Positions 10,504 to 20,849 of a DNA stretch of 64,000 nt are shown here, one piece after another. The position numbers were made by a program, and so were the translations under genes. Below the pieces are notes generated by a model. It made no database searches. It was not told the origin of the DNA and saw only the letters and a program-made list of their open reading frames with translations. This DNA comes from a virus: the IMG/VR virus record IMGVR_UViG_3300005830_000045, positions 16,480 through 80,479 of that record; one strand, written 5' to 3'. The first letter of the stretch is position 1, and each line of letters begins with the position of its first letter.

Positions 10504-11174
10504 TGGCAAATATAGATGCAGAAGGCAGTATTGCCGTAGCTTGTTCTCTTTCAACCGAGGCAAGTCTTTTAGGTATCTTGAACGGAAGTGTGTCGCAGTC
10601 ATTTCTCGCGACAGGCAACATGGTTTCCGCACCGCGTTTATCTTCCGTTGTAGCTTTATCCGGATATAAAGTACGTTTCACGTTTGATCAAGCAATGAAA
10701 AACGATAGTAGGCTAATTGATCCAACAAATTATTTCGTAACTCCATCTTCTTCATCAGGAGTTGCTGTTTACGTTTCTTCGGTTGAACCAGAAGGCGTTC
10801 TCAATCCTACCTATGTTGATTTGACCGTGAATGAGATGACAGGAGGTGTAGGATACCAAGGCAGAGTCAACGCAGGCTTGAATGCTCCGGTCAGCCGTCT
10901 TGATATCGCGATAAACTTCTCTGGAAACACCGCTTCCTTTTTTGGCGAAGGTGAAAACCCAACTATTGTTTCGGTTGAAGCTATTGGTTCCAACCGTGTT
11001 GACATAACTTTCAGCGAACCAATGTTGGATAACGATTCAATTCGTGACCCGACAAACTATATTTTCGACAACGGGCTGACAACGATAGCAATTTTGAACG
11101 TTGTTTCCAACAGAGTAGAATTGGTCACGTCTGATCAGGTTCCAGGAATTATCTACAACCTGATGATTGGGTAA
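10503..11174 (+). CDS. Virion protein with two Ig-like repeats
   Basis: Repeated V.(F/I)TF(D/S).(A/P)M.ND...DPTNY motif. Confidence 0.65.
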   Translation: MANIDAEGSIAVACSLSTEASLLGILNGSVSQSFLATGNMVSAPRLSSVVALSGYKVRFTFDQAMKNDSRLIDPTNYFVTPSSSSGVAVYVSSVEPEGVLNPTYVDLTVNEMTGGVGYQGRVNAGLNAPVSRLDIAINFSGNTASFFGEGENPTIVSVEAIGSNRVDITFSEPMLDNDSIRDPTNYIFDNGLTTIAILNVVSNRVELVTSDQVPGIIYNLMIG

Positions 11175-11190
11175 TTGAAGGGGAAAACGT

Positions 11191-12033
11191 ATGTCGGCAT
11201 CCATGCAAATTGATCAAGTAGGAATTGCCGCTGGCACTCCTGGACTTGCCCGTACAGATGGCCTCGATGACGGCGCAACAGTTACGCTGACAAGTATTAC
11301 TGTTGGCACGACTTATCGCTTTGAGTTTCTATGGGTTCCTTCCGGTGACACGACAGCAGTGGCTAGTCTCGCAGCGACAGGCTCACCGGAGATTTGGGAG
11401 TTTAGCCCAACTCCAAATGTGTACGGAACATATCGAATACGGCTGATTGTTGATGAAGGATTGCCGACTGAAGACGAAACAATCAGAGTTTTTGGGATAA
11501 GAAACTCATCTGGTCTACTTTCTCCTGCTTTCAACGAAAAGGCTGATGAGGGCGCTTCTTTGGTTCTTCACACTCCTGATGAAGTGGAAGGATCAGAGAA
11601 TAACGAAGTTTCAGGCGTGTCTGGATTACAATGGACGGGTTGGCACGACTTTTTCACGTTGACGACAAATCTTCTCGATACGATAAACAGAACGCGATAT
11701 ATCAAGCAAGCTTTCAACGAACAAGAGGGCATTACACCCTCAAGCGTTGGAGCTTGGAAGCTGAAGCAAGGAACTTTGAAAGCTGGTTCTTCAGTTTACT
11801 TCGGTTCAAGCACAGGAACCCACACGGTAACAGCTAGATTGCGCAGAGTTGGAGATCCAGTTCCAATTGTTGCTCAATGGCAAACAACAAGCGGATTGTC
11901 AAACGTCAATTTGGCTTCCGATGCAACTTTGCCGGCTGATGATTGGTATTATCTTGAAATATTCAGCGGAGACGCAGCAGCAGTTGCTTTGCTCGATGGC
12001 GTGGACTTTGTTGCAGAACAGGATGCACCATGA
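11191..12033 (+). CDS. Putative virion structural protein
   Basis: Beta-rich; FSPTPNVYGTYRIRLIVD resembles a PKD/Ig strand; within the tail module. Confidence 0.55.
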   Translation: MSASMQIDQVGIAAGTPGLARTDGLDDGATVTLTSITVGTTYRFEFLWVPSGDTTAVASLAATGSPEIWEFSPTPNVYGTYRIRLIVDEGLPTEDETIRVFGIRNSSGLLSPAFNEKADEGASLVLHTPDEVEGSENNEVSGVSGLQWTGWHDFFTLTTNLLDTINRTRYIKQAFNEQEGITPSSVGAWKLKQGTLKAGSSVYFGSSTGTHTVTARLRRVGDPVPIVAQWQTTSGLSNVNLASDATLPADDWYYLEIFSGDAAAVALLDGVDFVAEQDAP

Positions 12034-13034
12034 GTAAGATCACAAGCGTAAATAACGCAAACGTTCAAGGCGCAGAAGCCATTTACATTTTGAAGGCAAC
12101 TCTCAAGACAGCGGGTTGGACTGTTCCTCGTTCAAGCGATGGAACCACCTACAATGCTACTGGAGATGAAATCACGCAATCCGGCTCAGGCGCAAATGGC
12201 ATGAATAATAGTCGCGCTTGGTTTGTGGTCCAAAGTCCAAACGGAGAACACCAGTGGTGCTTTCAAAGAGAAACGGACGACACAAACGAATGGCGCGTGA
12301 AAGTTTCCGCTCTTGATGGTTTTACAGGAGGAGCGCCAAGTGCAACTCAGGTTCCATCTGCTACGGACGAACAAATTTTGCATGGAAGCGGCACAGATGC
12401 TTCGCCTACAATGGAAGACTTGTTTACGGCGGCTGCTGTTCGATTCCACGTAATTGCTGAAAATGCCGCTGTTGGAACGGCAGTCCCTATTTATCCGTTT
12501 TGGGCTTTCGCGACAAACGGATCAGGGCAAGTTGTAAACGGGATCATGCAAGAAGCAATGGACCCAAATACTTTTCCAGAGCTTTCTTCAGGCACAAGAG
12601 CTGCTCCGGTAACAGGAGACCCTGACCCGTGTATTTATATGTGTCATTACAGCTTATCAAATGACGCCTGGATTCACTCTACTTGGAGAAATGCGAATCA
12701 CGTTTCGGCTTGGTATCGTATGAATTATGTCGATGAATCATATGAATTCATGGATTTTGCTCACCTTTTATTCGCAAACGATCAAGGCACACCTCCAGAC
12801 GCTGGTTATGGCTTTGGAAGCAATCCATATGATGGTTCCGATCAAGGTTTCCCGCTGTTTTGCGGAAGAGGATCAGGGATTTCCAATCCAGGTAAAAAAG
12901 GTTGGCTAAATCACTTGAAAACCAAAGCAACCACGAGAAATTATCCAGACACAGTGAACCTCTCAAGTGGTGCAAAGGTTTATTTAGATGACTTCTTGGT
13001 GCCTTGGGAAGATGGAACTGCGCCTTTGATATAG
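12030..13034 (+). CDS. Putative virion/adsorption protein, paralog A
   Basis: 334 aa; collinear with 13044-14084. Confidence 0.6.
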   Translation: MSKITSVNNANVQGAEAIYILKATLKTAGWTVPRSSDGTTYNATGDEITQSGSGANGMNNSRAWFVVQSPNGEHQWCFQRETDDTNEWRVKVSALDGFTGGAPSATQVPSATDEQILHGSGTDASPTMEDLFTAAAVRFHVIAENAAVGTAVPIYPFWAFATNGSGQVVNGIMQEAMDPNTFPELSSGTRAAPVTGDPDPCIYMCHYSLSNDAWIHSTWRNANHVSAWYRMNYVDESYEFMDFAHLLFANDQGTPPDAGYGFGSNPYDGSDQGFPLFCGRGSGISNPGKKGWLNHLKTKATTRNYPDTVNLSSGAKVYLDDFLVPWEDGTAPLI

Positions 13035-13657
13035 AGGAATGAAATGGCAAAACAAAGTAGCGTAAACAACACAGGGGTTACTGGCGCAGAGGGTATCTAC
13101 ATTTTGAAGGAAACGCTCAAGTTGGCTGGGTGGACTGTTCCTCGTTCAAGTGATGGAACCACTTATAACGCTTCTGGAGATCAGATAACAAGTGGTGGCT
13201 CAGGCGCAAATGGAATGGCGAATAGTCGCGCTTGGTTTGTGGTCCAAAGTCCAAACGGAGAACACCAGTGGTGTTTCCAAAGAGGAACAAGCAACAATAC
13301 GTCTTGGCGCGTGAAAGTTTCCGCTCTTGATGGTTTTACAGGAGGAGCGCCAAGTGCAACTCAGGTTCCATCTGCTACGGACGAACGACTTTTGCATGGA
13401 AGTGGTACAGATGCTTCGCCTACAACGGCAACTTTATTCCCAACAGATTCAACGTACCGATTTCACGTGATTGCTGAAAGCACAGCCGTTGGGACTGCGG
13501 TTCCTATTTATCCGTTTTGGTCATTTATCAACCCAACCGGAAGTCAATGGTGTCCCACTTTTATTTCGCAAGAAGCAATGGACCCAAATACTTTTCCAGA
13601 GCTTTCTTCAGGCACAAGAGCTGCTCCGGTAACAGGAGACCCTGACCCGTGTATTTA
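12207..13657 (+). repeat. Identical DNA blocks shared by the tandem paralogs
   Basis: 12207-12259=13221-13273 (53 bp), 12291-12372=13305-13386 (82 bp), 12548-12637=13568-13657 (90 bp). Confidence 0.9.
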
Positions 13658-14084
13658 CGTTTGTGATTACTACGGAGCAACTACTTTTGACGCTTATGCC
13701 TTATGGGTCAGCAACCTCTCAAGTGGATGGTCAAACGCTACTTCTCGTTGGAGTTATTGGCACAGAATGAATTACGGCGATGAAGCCTTTGTAGCCAACA
13801 TTGCAGCAATTATTGACGCAAATGGCTTGGGTGTTTTTGCTCCGCATGCACCCGCATATGGAACGCCCAGCAATCCTTATAACGGAGCAGACGAAGGCTT
13901 TCCAATCTTTACAGGCAGACCGCCAAATCTATCTCCAGTAGGTTTCAAAGGCGTCTGCAACCATTTGAAATTAGGCTCCAACAATAGGCTATATCCAGAC
14001 ACGGTGAATCTTTCCTCTGGGGCATACGTTTATTGTGGAGATTTGCTCGTGCCTTGGGAGGATGGAACTGCGCCTTTGCAGTAG
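13044..14084 (+). CDS. Putative virion/adsorption protein, paralog B
   Basis: 346 aa; shares identical DNA blocks with paralog A. Confidence 0.6.
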   Translation: MAKQSSVNNTGVTGAEGIYILKETLKLAGWTVPRSSDGTTYNASGDQITSGGSGANGMANSRAWFVVQSPNGEHQWCFQRGTSNNTSWRVKVSALDGFTGGAPSATQVPSATDERLLHGSGTDASPTTATLFPTDSTYRFHVIAESTAVGTAVPIYPFWSFINPTGSQWCPTFISQEAMDPNTFPELSSGTRAAPVTGDPDPCIYVCDYYGATTFDAYALWVSNLSSGWSNATSRWSYWHRMNYGDEAFVANIAAIIDANGLGVFAPHAPAYGTPSNPYNGADEGFPIFTGRPPNLSPVGFKGVCNHLKLGSNNRLYPDTVNLSSGAYVYCGDLLVPWEDGTAPLQ

Positions 14085-14091
14085 GTAGAAC

Positions 14092-14370
14092 ATGGCCGAT
14101 TACACAGGAACTTTTGTTGACATAGAAACATTTTCTGGCGTGGCCGACACTAAGGTTGGAGCGCTTGTTGAAGTGGAAACGTTGGAAGGTTTCTCTTATG
14201 CAGACGCAACAGCAACTCCTGATATCATCCAAAGGATTTGGGACACAGGAGTTGGATGGTGTCAGTATACGCAAGAAACGTTCAATCCAACTCCTGCTTC
14301 CGGAGATACAGAGCCGAATCATACCAATAATTTGGTCGCAGGAACTCATCAAAAACTAGGTGAATTTTGA
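14092..14370 (+). CDS. Small hypothetical virion protein
   Basis: 92 aa; fills the gap and overlaps the next gene by 4 nt. Confidence 0.55.
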   Translation: MADYTGTFVDIETFSGVADTKVGALVEVETLEGFSYADATATPDIIQRIWDTGVGWCQYTQETFNPTPASGDTEPNHTNNLVAGTHQKLGEF

Positions 14371-15710
14371 TGGCAAATCAAGGACCAGGCGCTGGTTCGC
14401 TACCAGCAGGGGCAGGAGGGGCAGGAGGATCAGGTCCAAGCCCTATCGGCCCAGTAGCTGTAGGCGGTATTCTCGACACCGCTCTCAACCCACTGGCAAG
14501 CGGAAGCACAGCGTCTATGCTGGGTTATGTCGAAATTTCTGCCGATGATTTGCTTCAACTTCAAATGTACTTTTTTCTGATTGAGATAATCAGGATTGAA
14601 GACGCAAATAATGGTGACTTGTTTCTAAAAAGATTTCTTGAAGGACCGCAAACCGTTTGGGAAGATATTCAGGCCAAAATTTTCGCGATAAAGAATTTAT
14701 GGTCAGTTTCAGACATTCCAGATGAATATTTGAAATACTTGAAGAATATAGTTGGATGGACAGGGAAAAGAGAAAAAATAACAGACGCACTAAACAACGA
14801 TACTTTGAGAAGGTTGATTGCAAATTCTGTAAACCTTTGGAAAAGTAGAGGGCCAGAAGAAACAATCACAAGTATCGTTACGTTGGTAACAGGGGCAAGA
14901 ACACGCTCATGGAACTGGTTTGATTACCGTTGGGTCCAAGACGAAACAGGGCTTGGCCACGATATAAGCGGATATGACCCTTGGCTTCTTGAAATCGACA
15001 ATGACCGCGAAATGAACGTGAGAATAATGGACCCTGATGGTTCTATCGACAGGGAACTTATCAAGAATCTGCTCAAATTAGTCAGGCCTTGCGGAGAAAG
15101 GTTTGAAATAACATATCTCAACTTGATCGACATTTTCAATATTGACGGCGATGATACGCAGTGGGGCACGATAAACGACGCTGGAAGCGATTCAACAACT
15201 TTCACAGTTGCAAGCGGTTCCGGAACACTTACAGATTTGACGCATAGAGAAGAAATCTATTCCAATATTGACGGAGCTGATTCTTGGTCTCAGTACATGT
15301 TTTCTGCACGTTTGAGAGGCGAGGATCATTTTGGCATAACTTTTTACAGAGCGAATGAAAATAATTATTATGTCTTTCGTCTCAACACTACTGGTGTTGC
15401 GGATAACTTTGAACTTATCAAAAGGGTTGCTGGAGTAGAAAGTACGATTGCAAGTTCACCCGTTCCAGCCGGATATATCGTTGACCCTCTGCTGTATTAC
15501 ATGTTTAGGGTGACGACGGCTGTCGAAGGAACAGCGACAAGGATTCAGTGCTATATAGATGGTGTTGAAATCTTCAGCGCTTTAGACAGCCAATTCGCGC
15601 AAGGAACTGTTGGGGTCATTCACGGTGTCGGCGGTGCAAGTGTCGAGGTTGACGAAATAGAAGTTATGAGTCTGCCAGCGGACAGCGATTGTGTCGACAT
15701 CAACAGTTGA
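14367..15710 (+). CDS. Baseplate tail protein (P2 gpI-like) with C-terminal beta-sandwich (ConA-like)
   Basis: PDEYLKYLKNIVGW...LRRLIANSVNLWKSRG; C-terminal FYRANENNYY, CYIDG, GTVG. Confidence 0.75.
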   Translation: MMANQGPGAGSLPAGAGGAGGSGPSPIGPVAVGGILDTALNPLASGSTASMLGYVEISADDLLQLQMYFFLIEIIRIEDANNGDLFLKRFLEGPQTVWEDIQAKIFAIKNLWSVSDIPDEYLKYLKNIVGWTGKREKITDALNNDTLRRLIANSVNLWKSRGPEETITSIVTLVTGARTRSWNWFDYRWVQDETGLGHDISGYDPWLLEIDNDREMNVRIMDPDGSIDRELIKNLLKLVRPCGERFEITYLNLIDIFNIDGDDTQWGTINDAGSDSTTFTVASGSGTLTDLTHREEIYSNIDGADSWSQYMFSARLRGEDHFGITFYRANENNYYVFRLNTTGVADNFELIKRVAGVESTIASSPVPAGYIVDPLLYYMFRVTTAVEGTATRIQCYIDGVEIFSALDSQFAQGTVGVIHGVGGASVEVDEIEVMSLPADSDCVDINS

Positions 15711-15716
15711 GGAAAC

Positions 15717-18464
15717 ATGAGCACCGGAAAAACTTTCACAAATTTCGTGTTCAAAAGGCTACTTGCCGCTGAAGATTTCAGCACCAGGTTTCTTTACTTT
15801 CTGCTCGACAGCTTCAGAGAAGTTGTCGTAAGAGTTTTTGACGCTGACGGCATATTCGATGCAAAGATAACGTTTGCCGGATCAGCTTCAAATACGGTCA
15901 CATTTGCGCAAGGTGCTCCTGGTGACTTCCGAGGAACAGACGGATTGGGAAACATTTTAGGCCTTGGAGAGTCAGGCAGCGAAGATGAGAGCATTGGCCA
16001 AATAAAGGTTGTTGTCTTTGAAAACACGAACGCTGTTGATTATCATTTCTCTTTGGAATACGCGACAAGGCCCAAAGGGATCCAAATAAATCCTCGAAAT
16101 GGAAGGCCAGAGTACACTGAAATTGTCCAGTCTATTGGGAAAAGCGCAGCGCCAAACTCAATCGTGGACAATGGAAGTAATTTGACTTTGGTGATTGATT
16201 CTGTCTGCGAAACTTCTCATTCTCATGCTGGAAGAAAGGCGATAATTTATCTCAACACTCCAGACAAAAACGCAATAACGGAAACGATTGCAATCGAAGA
16301 GTGCACAGTGACTTGGAACGGGGTGAATAATAGAATCACGACCGCAGCCTTGCTCGGGCAAAACTCTCCATCCACCACGCCTGGAGATTACACCGTTATG
16401 CTTTTGGGACCTAGTGTCCGCAAGGTAAATACTGTCGCTGTTTCCGGGCACATATATCTTGGAAATATCACCGGCAATGGCGGTGTTCCTGGAGCTGGAG
16501 ATAACAGCAGCCAGAATTTGATTGATAGTTCATTGTCTACACTTCTTTTGTATCCAGGCGGATCAAATTGGGCAGACGGAACATCTAACCCGGCAACGAC
16601 TATCATTGATCAGCTCGATAAGATAGTGGCAGACCTCACGTCAACAAGTGGTGGCAGAGGATTGGCAAAGTTGACCGCCGCTGCTCGATCAAATTGGCAC
16701 GACGGAACGACAAACCCGACAACGATTGCTTCCACTGCTTTGAACAAGATAATTACAGACCTTGTGAATAATAGCGGATCAGACAGGATAGGCTCTGCCC
16801 AACTAACAAACGCTTGGTTGGATACAGATATAATTGCAGCCGGGTCAATCAAGGATCAATTGGAAGAAGTTGTTGGGGACTTGACTTCAACTTCTGGAGA
16901 TAGAGGGGCAGGGAAGATCACAAATCCTGCTCGGGCATCTTGGGCAGACGGAACGGCAAATGCGGCCGCAAGCGTTTCCGCTGCAATCGCAAAGATTGTG
17001 ACGGATTTGACTTCAACCACTGGAGACAGAGGACTTGGAAAGATAACAGCGCCTGCAAGGAGCAATTGGTACGATGGAACGACAAATGTTGCTGCAAATG
17101 CAGATGATGCTTTGGACAAGATTATCACAGACCTCACGACAACTCTTGGAAATAGAGGCGCAGACAAGATTTCAGCAGAGATAAACGTCAATTGGCACGA
17201 CGGCCATAGTTTTGCTTCTGGAAGCATTCACGATTTGCTTGCGGCGATAGTCACAGACCTTTCCGCTGATGGCTTTGGTTCTGATCGCATTGATAGCGAA
17301 GAAATAGGAAACAACATTGTTGCCGGTTTTACGAGTGATGTCTTTGTCGTTTCTGCTGGTTCCATCAAGGATCAACTTCAAGAAATTATAAATGAGTTGA
17401 CGTCTCCTACGGCAGTTGCTTTTTACGCTGCGAGGAATTACAATGTCATTGAAACAGTCCTTGGCTCCTCTTTTACAATCAGAAGTTTTTTCCCAAACAA
17501 TTCAAGCGGATCAATTGGTTGGGAAAACGCATGGTATGCCGTTGGAGATGATGGCGCTGGTACAGTTTCAAATATTCGATACGCACAAAAACATCTTGGT
17601 GATACTTGGACCACAGGGCCTGCTTGGAATGGGACATTTGTGGATATTGTTGATGTCGTGGCTATGGGCGGTTCGCAAGACCGTGTAATTGCAATGGGGC
17701 ACGATTCAACCGGAGTGCTATTGAATTACACAGACGACGACATGGGCGGGGTTTTCTCTAGTTCAAGTCCAAGCGGCAGAAGCGATTTGACAGGGAAAGC
17801 TTTACACCTTTGGAGTGCAAGAACTTATCTTGGAAGCAATCAGAACGTTGCCGGAACAGGGGATGTCATTCTTTACACCGATGATATTTCAGGCGGATGG
17901 GCGGTTCCAACTACAATTCCATCGACATGTCGCGGCATTTATGCCTTCGCCCATAGCACTGCCAACGATTATGTTGTAGCAGGTGGCATAGATAGTTCAG
18001 GCAAAATTATGTTTCTTCGTTCTGCTGTTGGATCTCCAGAGACATGGACTGATGTCACGCCTGCATCTCCTCAAACTGGTAGGGTGTATGACCTTGTGTA
18101 TGATTGGAAAAGGAGTGTGTATTGGGCTTTGGCGACAAATGGGGAGATTTATCGCTCTGATTCAGTTGGACAGAATTGGGTAAAAAAGGCTAATGGATTG
18201 AATGGAACTTTTGGGTATATGGCCATAGACAGCCATGGCATTCTTGTTTTTAGCGATAGCACACTATCTCAACTTTTTGGCGTCACAAGAGATGTTGTGA
18301 ATTATGACGAAATATCAATAGGAGAAGAAACACATTGGAGTAATGGTTACAAAAAAGTAAGAAATTATCGCGGAAAGTTTATTTGTGCATCTGGAAATGA
18401 TCTCTTGGTCAGCGGGACGTTTGTGTTCGGTGAAAGCTCATTGCGATATATAGGTTCTGAATAA
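15717..18464 (+). CDS. Tail fibre / receptor-binding protein
   Basis: 915 aa; central repeats W.DGT.N...(L/I).KI(V/I).DLT; C-terminal BNR/Asp-box-like segments (YRSDSVGQNW). Confidence 0.75.
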   Translation: MSTGKTFTNFVFKRLLAAEDFSTRFLYFLLDSFREVVVRVFDADGIFDAKITFAGSASNTVTFAQGAPGDFRGTDGLGNILGLGESGSEDESIGQIKVVVFENTNAVDYHFSLEYATRPKGIQINPRNGRPEYTEIVQSIGKSAAPNSIVDNGSNLTLVIDSVCETSHSHAGRKAIIYLNTPDKNAITETIAIEECTVTWNGVNNRITTAALLGQNSPSTTPGDYTVMLLGPSVRKVNTVAVSGHIYLGNITGNGGVPGAGDNSSQNLIDSSLSTLLLYPGGSNWADGTSNPATTIIDQLDKIVADLTSTSGGRGLAKLTAAARSNWHDGTTNPTTIASTALNKIITDLVNNSGSDRIGSAQLTNAWLDTDIIAAGSIKDQLEEVVGDLTSTSGDRGAGKITNPARASWADGTANAAASVSAAIAKIVTDLTSTTGDRGLGKITAPARSNWYDGTTNVAANADDALDKIITDLTTTLGNRGADKISAEINVNWHDGHSFASGSIHDLLAAIVTDLSADGFGSDRIDSEEIGNNIVAGFTSDVFVVSAGSIKDQLQEIINELTSPTAVAFYAARNYNVIETVLGSSFTIRSFFPNNSSGSIGWENAWYAVGDDGAGTVSNIRYAQKHLGDTWTTGPAWNGTFVDIVDVVAMGGSQDRVIAMGHDSTGVLLNYTDDDMGGVFSSSSPSGRSDLTGKALHLWSARTYLGSNQNVAGTGDVILYTDDISGGWAVPTTIPSTCRGIYAFAHSTANDYVVAGGIDSSGKIMFLRSAVGSPETWTDVTPASPQTGRVYDLVYDWKRSVYWALATNGEIYRSDSVGQNWVKKANGLNGTFGYMAIDSHGILVFSDSTLSQLFGVTRDVVNYDEISIGEETHWSNGYKKVRNYRGKFICASGNDLLVSGTFVFGESSLRYIGSE

Positions 18465-18475
18465 AAGGCAAAACA

Positions 18476-19138
18476 ATGCCAATAGACGAAAAACCGAAAC
18501 ACACACCAATACCCACTTCAGAGTTCAATCTTCTCACAAGGAATGTTGCTGAAATAACAATCGGTGTAAAATCAATTACAGAGCATATTCTTCCGCCTAT
18601 TGCCAAAGACGCAAGAAAAGCTTCCGATTCAGTAATCAAACTTACAAGTTGGAATAAAGAAATAGACAATCGAATAAGTAAGATTGAAAACGGACAAATC
18701 ATCCACAATTGCCCATATGAAGAAGAAATAAATAAACACGACACAAGATTGGAAGACTACGGCAAAGCGATAACAGCACAAGAAAAGGACGTTGCTGGTC
18801 TTTCTCGTTGGAGAACATATATTGCCTCAATCACAATCCCACTTGCTCTTGTCGCTTTGAGCACTGCTGGAAAAGCTATCGCAGACGCCGCAACGGCTCA
18901 AGCTGAACGAGACGCACAAAGCGAAATCACCACCCGACATGAAAAAGAAATAGATGCTTTGGAGGCGGCAAGAGAAAGAGACAGACAGATTATCACCCAA
19001 CAGATCAAGGCAATACCGATAGCTGTGAAAACAGCCGTTGAAAAAAGCCCAACAATCGTAGATTTGAAGGTAAAGTTGACGCCTAGATCACAAAAACGTC
19101 TTGAGTTGCTTCTCGATGAAGCTGATATTGAGATGTAA
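18476..19138 (+). CDS. Coiled-coil protein with one TM segment (lysis-module associated)
   Basis: TM YIASITIPLALVALSTAG flanked by coiled coils; directly before the holin candidate. Confidence 0.5.
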   Translation: MPIDEKPKHTPIPTSEFNLLTRNVAEITIGVKSITEHILPPIAKDARKASDSVIKLTSWNKEIDNRISKIENGQIIHNCPYEEEINKHDTRLEDYGKAITAQEKDVAGLSRWRTYIASITIPLALVALSTAGKAIADAATAQAERDAQSEITTRHEKEIDALEAARERDRQIITQQIKAIPIAVKTAVEKSPTIVDLKVKLTPRSQKRLELLLDEADIEM

Positions 19139-19150
19139 ACAGGAGGAGTC

Positions 19151-19531
19151 ATGGATTCTATGGTACAAGCTTTTACAAGCTGGCTTTCATTTGGTCCTAA
19201 TATCGCAGCAATAATTGTGATAGGAATGATTTGTGAAATTATCAGACGCCTTGTTCTTGGGCCTCGAAAAGAACGAAAAAACGGGGAACCTTACACAGGC
19301 TGGAGAGAAGTTTACAACACACTTTACAAGGCGCAAGCTATTCTGTTTGGAGCGCTCATTGGTCTCATTCCGGGCATGCCTATTCCAGAGTCTTTTCATG
19401 GCGACGGTGTTGGAGGCGCAATCCTCAATTACGCTGGCAATGGGGCAGCTTCGATGCTCGTTTACACACTTCTAGTCAGCAACGCCAAGTCATACATTGA
19501 CAATCTGAAGTTGAAAAACGGCCAAATATGA
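19151..19531 (+). CDS. Putative holin
   Basis: 126 aa; 2-3 hydrophobic segments; basic C-terminus; AGGAGG SD. Confidence 0.55.
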   Translation: MDSMVQAFTSWLSFGPNIAAIIVIGMICEIIRRLVLGPRKERKNGEPYTGWREVYNTLYKAQAILFGALIGLIPGMPIPESFHGDGVGGAILNYAGNGAASMLVYTLLVSNAKSYIDNLKLKNGQI

Positions 19532-19878
19532 TTATCCTCACGACAATTTGGGGCTGGATCAAGAAGTATCCATGGGCATTGATCGTGGCACTCGCTGGAA
19601 TTATAGGCGCAACAGCGCTCCTGCTTTCCCGGACAAATAACGTTTCATCCCTCGATGATGCCATCCAGGTGCGAGCTGCTGTGCGAGAAATCGCCAGAAA
19701 AGAAGCACGAGCGAAAACACTCGAACAACAGGCTGACGCTGATTCCGTTGAAGTGGAAGCGTTGAAACGTGAAGTTGTTGCTTCCAAGAAACGTGTGATG
19801 GAGATACACAATGCTAAGTCATTGGACGGCAAAACTGACGCTGACATTGCTCGCCTTTTCGCTGACGCTGGTTTCTGA
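19528..19878 (+). CDS. Putative inner-membrane spanin-like protein
   Basis: N-terminal TM followed by coiled coil. Confidence 0.45.
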   Translation: MIILTTIWGWIKKYPWALIVALAGIIGATALLLSRTNNVSSLDDAIQVRAAVREIARKEARAKTLEQQADADSVEVEALKREVVASKKRVMEIHNAKSLDGKTDADIARLFADAGF

Positions 19879-20284
19879 CAGGCTGGCTACAGCTGAATGT
19901 GTTGAAGCGCAGAACGCCACACCAGAATCCACGTGCGTCGTAATGATGCGCGAGGGTGTGCGAGGAGTGTGGTTTTCTCTTGGTGAGGCCGACAACATCA
20001 GGAGGATGAGGTTGGAGCTTCCGGAACTGCGCCTTCAAAATGCAAGCCTTGAAAGGGCACTTCGGATTTCGGAAAGCAGAATTGTAGCATACCAAGAAGC
20101 AAATACATTGAGGCAAGAAGCGTTGATTGCGCTTCAAGCTCGATTTGACGAAAGCCTTGAAAGGGAAACACAGCTCAGACAACAACTTGGGGTTTGGTAT
20201 AGGTCACCATCATTATGGTTGTCCGTTGGGATGGTTCTTACAACTGTTGCCTATATAGCTGTAATGGTTGCAGTATCAGACTAA
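19811..20284 (+). CDS. Putative spanin-like protein (signal peptide, coiled coil, C-terminal TM)
   Basis: Overlaps the previous gene by 68 nt; C-terminal WYRSPSLWLSVGMVLTTVAYIAVMVAV. Confidence 0.45.
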   Translation: MLSHWTAKLTLTLLAFSLTLVSDRLATAECVEAQNATPESTCVVMMREGVRGVWFSLGEADNIRRMRLELPELRLQNASLERALRISESRIVAYQEANTLRQEALIALQARFDESLERETQLRQQLGVWYRSPSLWLSVGMVLTTVAYIAVMVAVSD

Positions 20285-20294
20285 GGAGGAAACT

Positions 20295-20849
20295 ATGGAC
20301 GAGAAAGTTGGAAAAGTAGGTAACTGGATATTATTCGCTTTTTGCCTTCCATATCTTTGTTTGGTGAGTTACTTCGTTGTTGCTTTGTCGGTTGTGTTGT
20401 TTCTCGCAAAGAAACCTCAAATGCTTCCATACGGCATACTTATCGCCCAATGGAGACCATGGTGGGGCAAGATTTGGAAATACAGCACAACTTTCGGGAG
20501 ATCAATCATATACCATCCAAATGTAGTGGACGAGGAAACAGGCAAGATAATTTCCACAACAGAAGCACACGAGATGATTCACGTACGGCAGGCTGAAGAC
20601 CGAATTGTGCTCGCTTTCTTCGTTGGCCTCGTTGTGTTCCTCGTGACCGGAAACTGGATATTAGGTCTTGCGCTTTGGGCTTCAGGTGGATTCTGGCAAC
20701 TTCCAAACTTTTTGACAGCGCTACTTCGTGGCGGTCACGTTTATCGTGATGCAGAGCACGAGCGTTCCGCCTATTCTCAAACCTCACGAAGTTGGAATGC
20801 TAAAGAGTCTTGGCTAGAAGTGCACCTCCAAAATCCTCGCGATTGGTAA
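20295..20849 (+). CDS. Membrane protein with HExxH (putative zinc metallopeptidase)
   Basis: AHEMIHVRQ plus downstream EHERSAY; TM segments; AGGAGG SD. Confidence 0.6.
   Translation: MDEKVGKVGNWILFAFCLPYLCLVSYFVVALSVVLFLAKKPQMLPYGILIAQWRPWWGKIWKYSTTFGRSIIYHPNVVDEETGKIISTTEAHEMIHVRQAEDRIVLAFFVGLVVFLVTGNWILGLALWASGGFWQLPNFLTALLRGGHVYRDAEHERSAYSQTSRSWNAKESWLEVHLQNPRDW

Noticed and set aside
12030-14084. Diversity-generating retroelement TR/VR pair
   Set aside because: Both copies are full ORFs, differences include indels and non-adenine positions, and there is no reverse transcriptase in the window.
63-18464. Extracellular contractile injection system or tailocin
   Set aside because: It is contiguous with a full phage replication and recombination module, so a phage tail is the simpler reading.
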